DNA of 64,000 bases from Camelus ferus. Lineage: Eukaryota. Both the position numbers and the translations under genes were made by a program. Positions 52,071-64,000 of this stretch are shown one piece after another; the first letter of the stretch is position 1, and every line of letters starts with the position of its first letter. The notes below the pieces were generated by a model. It made no database searches. It saw nothing but the letters and a program-made list of their open reading frames with translations, and was not told the DNA's origin. The DNA lies in the NCBI RefSeq assembly GCF_009834535.1, contig NC_045697.1:85066001-85130000 (forward strand). The letters run 5' to 3'.

Positions 52071-53321
52071 GGACGTTGGAACTCATACTTACTCAGCTTG
52101 GGTTCCAAACAGAGGTCCGTCAGAAATCAGTGCCTGATATTCAAGCTCTAAGTGGCACCGCGGTTCCCAATCCCTGGCTCTCTCCTGTGCATTCTGTTCT
52201 GTGCACCGCTGCCAAGATGCTCTCTCTAATGACACTAATCACGCAGCATACTTCCCCACATCCCTGTCACCCTTCCTTGTTGACTAACGTTTTAAATATA
52301 TGCTCCTCTCTCTGGTGTGGGAGGCCCTCTACAATTGGCCCCTTTCCACTGCTTCCCTAAGGGCCTCCTATACTCTCATAGGATCTTGTTCTTGCTTAGA
52401 AAGCAGTGAATTTTCTGTCTTCAACATTTGATAGGCTGCAAGACTCAGCTTCATCTCCTCTTTGAGTTTATTTTCAAAGAGTAATATGCACGTATGCAAA
52501 AGTAACTGCAGCCTTGATTTCCAAGGGGTCACAACCAGAGTCAGTGTAGTAGCTGCTGCATGATTAAAACTTTGCATAGTTTCAATGAAAATAAGGGGCC
52601 TAATTTTAGCCAATTAAAACTTAAGTGACAAGTAAATGTGCAGCTAAGACTGAAAGAATTGAGCTCTGTCAATGCACAGGTTTACACCTTTTCTGATTTT
52701 CACCTACATGGTAGACTGGTTAGAAGGGATAATTTCTAAATTCTCAGCAATTCACTAAGATTCTGACTGAGGGCGACGTGCAGACACAGTGTAACGGGAG
52801 TTTACTGTGTGTGCCTTGTAGCATTTCCGAAAATTCTAGAGCAGCGTTTTCCTTATTTGAACTTTGAGTTGCAAAACTAGCTTTCAACAGGAAAGGAAAA
52901 TTTGCTACTTACCCTTGGAAGGTGTCTCTTTTATGTGTGAAAACACCAAGGTGAAAATGTCAAATATTTCACATTTCCTTGAGCCTGTGAAATCTAAAGG
53001 GATGTGAGATTTCCTTTTATTCAGATGATTCAGATTGAAGGTACAGGACTATCTCCTGCCAATGGGTATCTGTTATCATTTTACTTTTTAAAAGGCAAAT
53101 ATTAAAGATCTTGTTCTTTCCTTGAAGGTATAAAATTACTGTTATTTCCCTTTATGTAGAAAAGATAAAAATTATCCTGAAACTATGAATTTGTGATTTA
53201 AAAAAAGGCAAATCTTGTATGACAGTCAATTGCTTACAGCACTTTAATTCCAATTTCTTTGTATAAGTTCAAGATCAACTTCTAAATAATGAGAACCTAG
53301 ATACAAGTAATCTTTTTATTT

Positions 53322-53478
53322 CTTTTTTGTTGTTGTTGTTGCTTTTTTGGTGGGAGGAGGTAATTAGGTTTATTTATTTTATTTATTTATGTATTTATTT
53401 AATGGAGGTACTGGGGATTGAACCCAGGACCTCATGCATGCTAAGCATGCACTCTACCACCAAGATATACCCTTCCCC
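53322..53478 (-). mobile_element. tRNA-derived camelid-type (vic-1-like) SINE
   Basis: Minus strand ggggaagggtatatcttggtggtagagtgcatgcttagcatgcatgaggtcctgggttcaatccccagtacctcc..aaacctaattacctcc plus A tail; perfect 18-bp TSD caagtaatctttttattt at 53304-53321 and 53479-53496. Confidence 0.95.
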
Positions 53479-55690
53479 CAAGTAATCTTTTTATTTGCTA
53501 AGAATTTACCACATATCCAAATTATGCCAGTCTGTAACTTATTCAGCTTCCAGAGTAAGTCATACATTCATTTAACCCACTGTGGGTGCCCACCTGCCAC
53601 CTGCTCTATGCATAATTCCTTATGCCATTTCTGGAACCCTCCCAACAATTATGGATCACAGTGACAAAACACCACTCTATTGGCTGAGGACTTGTTTGCA
53701 ATGATGAGCTACACATGTGGATGAGCACTGCCACAATTTAATGCTTCAGTTCCTCCTATACCCTTGAGTAGATGTCATCTGGTCCGAATTCTGCACCCCT
53801 TTGAAGAATGCATGATAGATAACTGTCATCTGGAGAGCAGAGACACTTGACCAGCCAATTAAATATTCTGAAAACAAGGAAGTTTATGTAGGTGAGGGTA
53901 ATTAGTCTGAAAAATAAACTCAGAATAAAAAAAAACCTCAGGAAGTGGAAACTAGCCAGGATCCCATGTAAAATAAATAAATAAATTTAGTTGAATTTTA
54001 AAATTTGGAAGTTTAAAAGTCACTTATATAAAAGTTTTCTTAAGTTTAAGATTGTTTTAATAATGTCTGTAAGAGCAGGGTTGACCTACTATTATTGTAT
54101 TGAAACCCCTTCTCTTCAAGAAGACTCGGTTTGAAAGGAGCTCTTGACTTTCCAAGCCCTCTTTCCCCTCCTGCCAGCAGCCGTTTCACAGCAGAGTCCT
54201 TCTCTAAGTACAAGTGGAGCTTCGCCCTGAGAGCAGTCACCTCTCCTTGCCTGCAGTCACCCGTTGCACCATTAAATGTGCTGAAATATATGATTTCTGG
54301 GTTCTTCATGATAACAGGGCCATCACTTATTTATTATTTAAAAAGAAGGGCACATTTTAAATTCTACTTTTCCACATTTAGTCTTATTCCATATGGGATT
54401 ATTTTAAACTTATCCTCTAACTATTCAAATAAAGCTAAATTACAAAAATGGGTGAGGAAATATATTTTCTTGATTTCCTAAACAAGATTTTTGTGCATGA
54501 GTTATAAGCCTGAGTGAAAGTTTCAGCTTATTATTTTTATATGTCCTACCATTGAGAAATTGTATCCCGTAAGAAAAATATTCCTAATGAGAATTCTTAA
54601 GGCTTTTCTTGAGTTGGAATTAGATGCTTCAGTCATGCTATAGACAAATTTGCTCTAAAAGAGCTTTTACTTTTTTTTTTAATAGCAGAACTAATTTGGA
54701 AACTTAGAACTTCAGTGCAAAACAATGCCTACGCAAATTATCAATAGTACTACCTTGTAAGTGATAATTCTAGATTTTTATGGAAAAAAATCATTGTAAG
54801 TTTCATTGTGCCAGTCTTCTATAGTTAAAATCAAATGATGTCAAACACTTTAGATGTATTAAGTAAAAGGATTCCAAAATTACAGGCAGAGTGTAAAATA
54901 CTTACCATACAGAGGAAACAGTACAACCTGAGAAGAAAAATAGACTAAAATTGGGACTACGAGAAGAAAACAGTCATTAGTCCAATTTGTAATAAGATGC
55001 AAAAGCTTTACACCTGGAAATTATAACTGTCATCAAACTAAGAATTAATCTCTTATCCAACTGAGTACAATTCCAACTGAGCACAAAAAGTGGAAAAAAC
55101 AATAAGTTGAATGTGAGAAACAGAAACATGAAAGTACTATTTTGCATAACTATCAGACAATAACAAATTGAATCAAGGACCTGTATCTTCTCTTGTTTCA
55201 AAAGAAATAAATATTAGGAGCAGAAAGTCAGACTCTGAAAAAGATTTTACTCCTTGGTATTAATATATTTAAGGATTTTATAGCCTGGCCTCGTCAATGA
55301 GTAAAAGAAGTGTACCTGATTTCATTGGCATTATGCTTGCATTACAGCAGGAAACCAATTAAAAGTCTTTATGCTTAGATTCAACAGCCATATTCTCACA
55401 TTTTTTCAAAACTGTTAAGCAGATCTGTAAGGAAATAAGTTGGGAGACCATTTGAAAATGATTGACAATAATAACAATACCAAATACAGTATTAAGTTAG
55501 GCATAAGATCATCATTTTGGGTGTATTGTCACATTTAATTCTATCAGATCAATATCAAACATAGAAGTAGATATTATTATGACTATTTTTCAAGTAAGGA
55601 AACAAATATAAATAGCTCTTCAATTTGGGATATGGCATTTATAATTAAGATGACTTTCGAGCTACCATTGGACTTAGAAGAGCTTATTCT

Positions 55691-56177
55691 TTTTTTAATT
55701 AAGGTATAGTCAGTTTACAATGTTGTATCAATTTCTGGTGTACAGCATAGTGATTCAGCTATAAATATATATATATTTCTTTCCATATTCTTTTTCATTA
55801 TAGGCTATTACAGGGTATTGAATATAATTCCCTATGCTATATAGTAGGACTTTGTTGTTTATTTATTTTATATATAGTAGTTTCTATCTGCAAATTCTAA
55901 GCTCCTAATTTATCCCTCCACCCCTCCTTTTGCCCCTTGGTAACCATAAGTTTGTTTTCTATGTCTGTGAGTCTGTTTCTGTTTTCTAAATAAGTTCATT
56001 TGTGTCATTTTTTTAGATTCCACATATAAGTGAAATATGATGTCTGTCTTTCTCTTGTGGGCTCACTTCACACTTAGTATGACGATCTCCAGGTTCATCC
56101 ATGTTGCTGCAAATGGCATTATTTTATTCTTTTCTATGGCTGAGTAGTATTTCATTGTATATATATACACCACAGCT
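55691..56177 (-). mobile_element. 5'-truncated L1 (ORF2 end plus 3' UTR), not inverted
   Basis: aggtatagtcagtttacaatgttg..ttagattccacatataagtga..catccatgttgctgcaaatggc; 17-bp TSD ttagaagaKcttattct at 55674-55690 and 56178-56194. Confidence 0.95.
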
Positions 56178-56379
56178 TTAGAAGATCTTATTCTGTTGTG
56201 GCTGTAGAAATTTGAATTTAAATGTAATCATAGTAAGGTAATATAGAACTTTTTGATCATTAATGAGGAGGACACACTTCTGTGGTAATCACATGCAGCA
56301 AAATGTTTGTCTCTTCTTTACATAAAATGCATCTGAGAAACCACCATCAATAGCATGTCCTAGCTTTTCAATAATTATA

Positions 56380-56610
56380 TTAGCTAGCATTTATTAAGTG
56401 CTTGACTGTTCCTGGCTCTCTTCCAAGTGCTTTACATATATTAACTCTTTTAATATACTACCACCTTATGAGGTAAATATTTATTATCTCCATTGTACTG
56501 ATGGGGAAACAGAGATAAAGCCACTTGGTCACATGACTCATCAGTGGCAGAGCTGAGATTCAAATCTAGGCCTTTTGATTCCTGAGTCTGCGTTCTTAAC
56601 CATCATGTAA
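56380..56610 (-). mobile_element. MIR SINE
   Basis: tagctagcatttattaagtgctt..aagtgctttacatatattaactc..gatggggaaacagag..cagtggcagagctgagattcaaatctagg..ttcttaacca. Confidence 0.9.
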
Positions 56611-58901
56611 AGCCTCTTTTTCCACTGGCACTAATTTAACCTAAAAAAATATTTCCAGAGATCCCACTACTAAAAGGGATCTGTGGTTGGCAATGGAGAA
56701 CACACACACACACACAATTACGGGACTAACACTTATTCAGGCCCTTCTCTCTATGCCAGGCCCAATGCTATATTACATAGACTCACATCAGAATTTCCAA
56801 GTCACAGAGTAAGGCTATCCCTTCCAAAACTCAAATGATTCTAACAGCATCGTAGTCACAGGCTGTCACACAGCATGCTTTACATAAGCACAGTGCCTTG
56901 ATCACGTCAACATCTGCTGCAGGTGGATGGGATGCCAGGTCTCCCCAACTCCACAGCTGATGATTTTTTTCCTATTTAAATTATTTGAGGAAACAAAATA
57001 TAAACAAATAGAATAACAAAATATTTGAATACAGGTTCAAGGCAACAGTGAAAGTTAAAAGCCATTACCTACTCTGAAAGCAAAATGGTTAACTCCCTGT
57101 ACATCTGCAAAAGAAAAAAGTTATATATGTACATATACATACATACATATTTATATTGAAAAGAAGAGAAACTTGCTATTTCTCTGTTCTTCTAGACTCT
57201 AGTCCTACATTTTTCATATTTACCCTTAAACTACTTACTATTTCCTAAATATTCCATATCCTTGAAATTTATTTGGAATGCCAGTACCTTCTTTGGAATA
57301 TTTTCCCATCATGAAATCCTATTTATCCTTCAAGACAGTTTACCCATCACCTCCTCAGAGAGTGCTACACCAATTTCGCTACTGTGTTAAGCTGACAGTA
57401 TCATGTGGCAGTGATCATACTGTGTCGTATGCATTGCTTTCTATACTTGTCTCTTACTAGACAGGTTGTTTCTTAAAGAACAAACCACGTTCTCGCTTAT
57501 TTAAAAAATTATTTATGTCAAACATATTATCTTTGGTTTATCTTCTCCTAGAATTAAGGGGTCTGTATCATATTTTAATTACTGTAGGTGTAATTTTAAG
57601 TGTTTTAAGAACATTTTTATATATACTTTAGAGAATTTTGTTCATTTGCCTATTTTTAGGTCTCTTACTGTCTGTCAATAACTATTTCAGTTCTCTGTCT
57701 TATTGATGATTTTACTGCTGTTATCTCTACATTTAGTTCTTGAGAAAGATTTCTTTCATCCATCTGCCTTTTTATCTTATTCATCATTCAGCAATATTGA
57801 TTGAGCAAGATTATGAAAACAACAGTAATGAATCAATGATCCTTGCCTTCATAAAGCTTCTATTTACATTCTCTGATTTCATGCATGGCTTTCTCCTCCA
57901 GTACCTTCTTTTATTCTATTAAGAGTACTAAATAGTTTTGTAACATTTTCTCTTGGTTCTCATATTGAAATGTTTACAGAGATAGGGGTTTGTTCTGAGT
58001 GATCAGAGAAACACTCTATTTCCTTTCTGCAAGTGAATGTGCTCAGCTCCTAGTTAGATCTGTAATGTCTACCATTTTTTCAACTGCCGTGGCTCTTCTG
58101 CCCTGATCAAAATCTGCTCCTTCCCCTTCTGCTTGACTGTCAGCCAGTAAAAAGACCAGTATCCGATGACATCAGATTCCTAGTCTAAAATCTTACAAGG
58201 CCTCTTCTTAGATCTGCTTTGTTTTAAGCACATAAAGCATTACCACCAGTCCTCCCTCTGCCTCAATTCTCATCCCCACCTCTGACCCCCACCCAAGCCT
58301 CCTGTCCAGAGTCTTGTTGCATGTAGGAAGAAAAACACGACTGTGGACCAGTGTGCGTCGAATGAAGGAAGAAGCACTCCGACTGTCTCAAGAAAGCAGA
58401 ACGCACACATTCAAGGGATGCTTTCCACTCTCCCAGTTGGTATAATCTTTGTATTTCTGAGCCCGCAGGTAAACATTGAGAGAATGACAGGGTTTCTAAA
58501 GTCTTTAAGTCAAATTCTCAGTTTTCTGGAAGCATGTGCTCCTTATGGGATACACGTTACCCTGTGCAATCTACTTCCAATAAATGTGTTATTAATGAGC
58601 ATTTTCAGATTCTGCCAATGGTGGATTACTACTTCTCGGGTTTATGATGAGCATTTTGATCATTACTTATGCCTTCATAATTATTTTAATGAGAAGTTAG
58701 GAGAGACAGAACCAGAGCCTGCATGAGATATACCATTTTAAAACTGAACTCTAGCTTTTATATTTAAAGCTGAAACATTCAAATTCTCTGATTCCCAGGG
58801 TAACAGTTAAGCTTGAAAATCAAATAAGGAAGTAGCTTAAATTATGAAGCTAGACTTCGCTGTATCTGACATAGAGAACCTGTGAGGTCGAGACGTGTAG
58901 G

Positions 58902-59431
58902 CGTCAAGAGCTGTGAGTGATCTGTGAAGGGATATTACCTTAGTTGGAAGCCAGCCAATTAGCCTTCCACAGTTACATGAATGTGGCAGAAGACATGAGA
59001 ATCCTGAGTCAAACGCAAAGGAAAGTTTATTATTCACAACAGTCGTGGTAGCTAGAGTACCATCACTTCAACACCAGTTTCCTGAGCCTCCAGTCCCACA
59101 AAGCCATGTAACAAGGGCCAGATGCTTGCATCAAGTGTACATGCAGTAGATCATGCTACAGAAGAGGAACCCCAAGTTTAGGAAAACCTAATATTTTATA
59201 ACAGGCTAAAAGCAAGCCTGCCCAGCCTTTTCTCCAGAAAGAGACATTACTTTTATTATACTGGATAGTAAGTATGCTTCCCATTCGCTCTGGAAGGAAA
59301 TACTATAACTTCCAAGACTGCATTATACCATCATCCTTGAAAAGATAATCCAAAAAAAAAAAAAGACTGTCATTGGCTGCGCTTCTAAGATCTGCAGAAA
59401 TATGAGAGATCCATGGAGAATTGTCTCAACA
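58902..59431 (-). mobile_element. ERVL solo LTR, LTR40-like
   Basis: Minus strand starts tgttgagacaattctccatggatctctcatatttctgca and ends ..cacagctcttgacg; near-perfect 5-bp TSD gtagg / gtaga. Confidence 0.85.
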
Positions 59432-59469
59432 GTAGAGAGGAAGAAAAAAATCTCACATTTCAAAAGCAA

Positions 59470-59645
59470 CTATTATGGCTCCAGTGCAGCAAGAGGTACT
59501 TTACACATATTACTTTATTAAATCTTCACATCCTATGAGGTGTGTAGAATTTCAGCTATATTAAGTCATCTGCCGAAGTCACCTATGTATAAATGATATA
59601 GTCAGAATTTGAACCTAGGTTTATCTCACACTAAATGTCTTCTAC
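59470..59645 (-). mobile_element. MIR SINE (degraded)
   Basis: tactttacacatattactttattaaatcttcaca..ctgccgaagtcac..cagaatttgaacctagg. Confidence 0.65.
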
Positions 59646-60134
59646 TTTAAGTTAAACCTTAATTTCAGAAAGTAGAACCTTTTAGAGAATAATACATTAT
59701 CACATTTTCAATGATCAAAGTTTAAAGAAAAAAAGATTACCCAATAAGAGTTTTTTGTTCAAGATTATAAGTTAAAAAATAAAGTTTGTAAAAAAAAATT
59801 TGGTCATATTTCTAGAGAGAGGATGTAGTTTGGCAGTGACTTGGCAGTCTCTCTGTCTGACTGACAAGGAGCAGCTGGAGGCGGCCTTCTCTGGAAATTA
59901 CCATGAGCTCAGTACCTTGGACATCTCCACAACGCATTGTCTGTAGCTTATGCTGCTGTGCACATTCGCATTGTTCTAGGGAATGAGTAGTTCTATTCCT
60001 TTCCATCCTTTAACCAAAAAGCAGGATATCATCACTATCATCTGAAATTATCGTTTCTATATCCTAAAGGAGGCATTTGACAATATTTCTTAAATAACTA
60101 TACAACTTGAGTACAGGTAACTGTCCAGAAATAT

Positions 60135-60390
60135 AATTAGCTTTATTTAAAATAAACAGCATTCCCTTCCCAGCAACACTTCTTAACTCATATCACTTAT
60201 TTTTCTCCACAGCACTTATCACCAACATGGTACGTATTTTACTTGATAGCTTGTCTGCCTCCCACAATTAGAACATAAGCTACACAAAGGTAGACATTTC
60301 CACCCTTTTTCATCGTGCCTAGAATATCTTCTATGCCTAGAACAGGCATGTCACTGGCCACAGTGACTAGAATTTAGGTGAATGAATATG
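60135..60390 (+). mobile_element. L2 3' end
   Basis: ttttctccacagcacttatcacc..ttgtctgcctccc..tagaacataagct..tgcctagaacagg..gtgaatgaat. Confidence 0.75.
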
Positions 60391-60689
60391 ACTTAGTGGT
60401 TCCAGGGCAGTTCTTTAGATGCTATATAGAATATTTCTTATTTAATCTGCAATCACTTTCCAAATGTTATTACCCTTACCAGCTTTGGCTGGTGTACGAA
60501 GTCATGTTTCATATTTACAAGATGTTTATATTTCTGTTTTGTGGATTTCCACTAATTACAAGTGTACTGAAGCCATGAATATATCATTTAAAAATCTGAT
60601 AGGATTAAAGTGGAAACACAATAAATGAGGTGGTTGTTATTTTTTTAAAAAAAATAATGGCATTGGGGTTTTTTGTTGTTATTGTTCTT

Positions 60690-61711
60690 TTATTTTTTAA
60701 CATTTTTTTATTAAGTTATAGTCACTCCACAATACTGTGTCAGATTCCAGTGTAGAGCACAATCTTCCAGTCACACATGAACATACATACATTCATTCAT
60801 TGTCACATTCTCCTTCACTGTGAGCCAGCACAAGACCCAGCACGTATTTCCCTGTGCTATACAGTACAATCTTGTCTATCTATTCTACATTTTGAAATCC
60901 CAGTCTGTCCCTTCCCACCCCCAATCCTGCTGGCAACCACAAGTTTGTATTCCATGTGTATGGGTCTGCCCACTTGAACAAACCAATCACTAGAAATCGA
61001 ATTGAATTAGCAATAAAAAGCCTCCCTACAAATAAAAGTCCAGGACCAGACAGCTCCACCAGGGAATTCTACCAAACATACAAAGAACTCATTCCAGTCC
61101 TTCTCAAACTCTTCCAGAAGATTGAAAAGGAGGGAATACTCCCAAACTCATTCTATGAAGCCACCATCACCCTAATACTAAAACCAGGCAAAGACACCAC
61201 CAAAAAAGAGAATTAGAGACCAGTATCACTGATGAACATAGATGCAAAAATCCTTACCAAAATACTAGCAAATAGAATCCAACAGCACATACAAAAGATT
61301 ATACATCATGACCAAATGGGGTTCATCCCAGGGACGCAAGGGTGGTTCAACATATGCAAATCAATCAATGTAATACATCACATCAACAAGAGAAAGGACA
61401 AAAACCACATGATCATCTTAATAGATGCAGAAAAAGCTTTTGATAAAATTCAACACCCATTTATGATAAAAACTCTCACCAAAGTGGGTATAGAGGGAAC
61501 ATATCTCAACATCATAAAAGCTATATATGACAGACCTACAGCCAGCATAGTACTCAACGGTGGAAAACTCAAAAGCTTCCCACTAAAATCTGGGACAAGA
61601 CAAGGCTGCCCACTATCACCACTCCTATTCAACATAGACTTGGAAGTCCTAGCCACAGCAATCAGGCAAGAGAGCGAAATAAAAGGGATCTAAATTGGAA
61701 AAGAAGAGGTG
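60690..61711 (-). mobile_element. 5'-inverted (twin-primed) L1 insertion #3 with a large internal deletion
   Basis: 60690-60968 is the distal L1 3' UTR on the minus strand; about 60969-61710 is the ORF2 Z/RT region on the plus strand; TSD gttattgttctt at 60678-60689 and 61712-61723. Confidence 0.93.
60971..61710 (+). pseudogene. L1 ORF2 fragment (N-terminal reverse transcriptase region), disabled
   Basis: [55 protein letters not shown]; stops at 61214-61216 and 61691-61693; ends at GKEEV, just before the FADD motif. Confidence 0.95.
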
Positions 61712-62574
61712 GTTATTGTTCTTGAATCTGTTTCAGATTCTTAAAAAATACAAATGTGAAAAAAAAAACAATTTTATAGTGCCCATCTTGTAAAACAAAA
61801 CAAAACTCACAGGTAGAATAGAAGTGGGAGCCCTTGGGCAGTGTTCACATTGATTATCTGCACCCAGCTGCACTTCTCGCAGCTCCTCGTGGGACTGACC
61901 TAGTTCTCTCAAGGTGCTGCTTTGCTGGTGAGAGAGGACACAGCTCTTAGACCAGGTAGCTCCGTAATGGAAATAATCACCAACAGATGGTGATAATCTG
62001 TTACCAGCCTAATGGAGATCCCTGAAGATAGGCTGGGAAGTGAAGTTTTCACTAAAGGACACTTGCTACTCAAGTACAAGGTGAATAAACAGAATATCCG
62101 GTACAGCTGGAAGGGAGGCTGCTTCTGATTAGAGAGGAGGACTGCACGGCCGCTCTAAGCTCCAGTGGCAGAAGTCACTCTACATCAATTTCTGTGTCTA
62201 CTCTTGACTTTTAGCCTTGTTGACGATTCAACCACTTACCCCTCTGTTTCCTGAGTGCTGGATGTGCTTAGTGACAGCTGTTGGGTCAAAAGCACCTAAC
62301 ACATGTGGACACATACACCTTGGCCTGTCTGGGAGAATTCATGTTCTTCACTTACGGCTTTTAGACAGGGAGCAAGGGTCAAGACTGCTGAGGACTGATT
62401 TCCTTGCTCATCCTCATGGTGGGATGTATATAACCTGGATCTTATTAAGATATGGGAGTTTTTAAAGGGGCTTTTTATTTATGTGGTTTCATAGTTAGCC
62501 GGCTACTGCCTGTTATGGACAATAGTAAATGTCACTTAATTAGAAACACCATGAACTAAGAATGCTGGATATAA

Positions 62575-62738
62575 GCATGCTAGTTAAAAAGCAGGCCATG
62601 GATAAGCATCATCTGGGAACTCACTAAAAATGCAGAATTTCAGCCCCAACCCAGAAAAACTCAATTGGAACCTGCATTTTCCCCCCAAGATCTCCAGGTC
62701 ACAGGTAGGCACGTTAAAATATAAGAAGTACTACCCTG
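62575..62738 (+). mobile_element. hAT-Charlie MITE, MER5A-like
   Basis: agcatcatctgggaactcactaaaaatgcagaatttcagccccaacccaga..ctgcatttt..caagatctccaggt; strand assignment nominal. Confidence 0.8.
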
Positions 62739-63762
62739 ATTGTGTGATATCTTCACATGGGCATTCCACATTACACAGAGAATCCTAAAAAATAAGCTGT
62801 GTACAGTACAAGGGTGAAATGAAATATGTGCCGTGATGTCGGAGTGGATATCACTCTCACAATGAGACTGGAGGAACTTACCAGGGGTCAGTTCTGGGGA
62901 ACAGAAGGCTGTGAAGGAACAACCACAACACAGCTGTACATCTCTCATAGAGAAATGAGTCCAGCTCTTCAGCTTAGCTCTGGTCCTCATTAGCAGTTGA
63001 TAATAAGTTCACAGATGAGGCCCCCTTGTAATGACCAGTGGGTGAAGAGAGTGATATTTTGACAGTGTTTGGGAAACTTTACCACGTAAGGCCAGGTGAT
63101 CGAAGGATAATGCCGGTGTCTGAAGACCCCCATTAGCTCACTCTGTCTGCAGGTCACCGGTCCATCCCTTCAGGCAGCAAATTCACTCAAACCTTTAAAT
63201 GAAGTCATGGAAACTCTGATAGATTTTTCTAACCACTCTGCCATTTCCTTCTGCAGCAACATGACTGTAAAGACTGGTGAGTCATACGCTGACCCAAAGC
63301 GAACAAATGGAGGTTGTGTGTGAGTGTGTGGGGGTCTGGATAGAGGGCCAGACAGCAGAGACCCCAGTCCTAGGCCAGCAGGTTTCTACCTTCAGCCAGC
63401 TCAAGTCTTACCTACGGAAAGCATGTGAATAATTAGGTAGTTAGGCTCACCTCTGTGGTCTCTGAAAACAGTAAGAGTACAGTGCTAACCTCCACTGTAG
63501 AAAAGGTTACATAACCTTTGGTATTTAGAAATAACTTAAAACCAGACAGCAAAAAATGACATAACATGCTTCCTTCCATCCCTAATCATGGCTTTAATAC
63601 TGTGGGGAAAAAAGTGCTCTGCATTCTCTATTTTCTGTACCAGAAGCACTAGAGTTCTGGGTTGATGCCTAGCCCAAATTAGATACTGGGTTTGTAAATT
63701 AAAATAGATGGAGTCATGGAAGGATCAATTGTTAATTCATTTTTTAAAAGATACTATAGAGT

Positions 63763-64000
63763 TGGTAGGGGCTGAGTGTTTGTGTTCTCCCAAAATTCAT
63801 ATGCTGCAGCCTTAACCCTGTGTGGTAGTATTTGGAGGTGGGGTCATTGGGGGGTAATCAGATTTATACGAGGTCGTGAGGGTGGGGACCCCCTGATGGC
63901 GTCAGTGTCTTTATAAGAAGAAGCAGAGACCAGGGCTCTCACTCTCTCCACCATGTGAGGACACAGCATAAAGGTGGCTATTTGCGAGAGGGTTCTCACC
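63763..64000 (+). mobile_element. MaLR LTR (MLT1A-like), cut by the window edge
   Basis: tgtttgtgttctcccaaaattcatatgctg..gtatttggaggtgggg..gtgagggtgggg..tataagaaga..ccatgtgaggacacagc. Confidence 0.92.

Noticed and set aside
52779..52814. Imperfect hairpin gcagacacagt..actgtgtgtgc as a miRNA precursor
   Set aside because: Stem of about 11 bp built partly from AC/GT low-complexity sequence; too short.
49200..53478. tRNA-like sequences as tRNA genes
   Set aside because: They have SINE tails, A-rich ends and TSDs, and differ from each other in stem positions.
60956..61693. Reverse-transcriptase ORFs as a retron, DGR or novel RT system
   Set aside because: Ordinary LINE-1 ORF2 sequence with two stops, truncated before the catalytic motif, in a eukaryotic context.
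315..62990. Remaining 60-130 aa ORFs in the six-frame track
   Set aside because: Number and length fit chance ORFs, many with GTG/TTG starts or inside repeats, and none resembles a protein family I know apart from L1 ORF2.

Overview
AT-rich mammalian non-coding DNA (a long intron or intergenic region). I found no supportable protein-coding gene, rRNA, genuine tRNA gene, CRISPR array or prokaryote-type system. The tRNA-derived SINEs (GGGGAGGGTATAGCTCAGTGG...GGTTCAATCCCCAGTACCTCC type) and the absence of recognisable Alu, B1, Bov-tA/BovB or PRE-1 point to a camelid (alpaca/llama/camel); this is an inference. Much of the window is transposon-derived: young L1 fragments, old L1M/L2/MIR relics, solo LTRs (MaLR, LTR16, LTR40, MER41-like) and DNA-transposon MITEs (MER2, Tigger2/MER8, MER58, MER5A). 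The only ORFs with a recognisable product are disabled L1 ORF2 pieces. The most notable structure is three 5'-inverted (twin-primed) L1 insertions within about 23 kb. One is nested inside a SINE tail with two sets of target-site duplications (TSDs), and one carries a very large deletion at the inversion point. Recent insertions show a minus-strand bias, and several repeat-free, motif-dense blocks are candidate conserved enhancers. Repeat family names come from my recall of consensus sequences, not from a database search, and the boundaries of old repeats are approximate. I do not see a novel biological system here.
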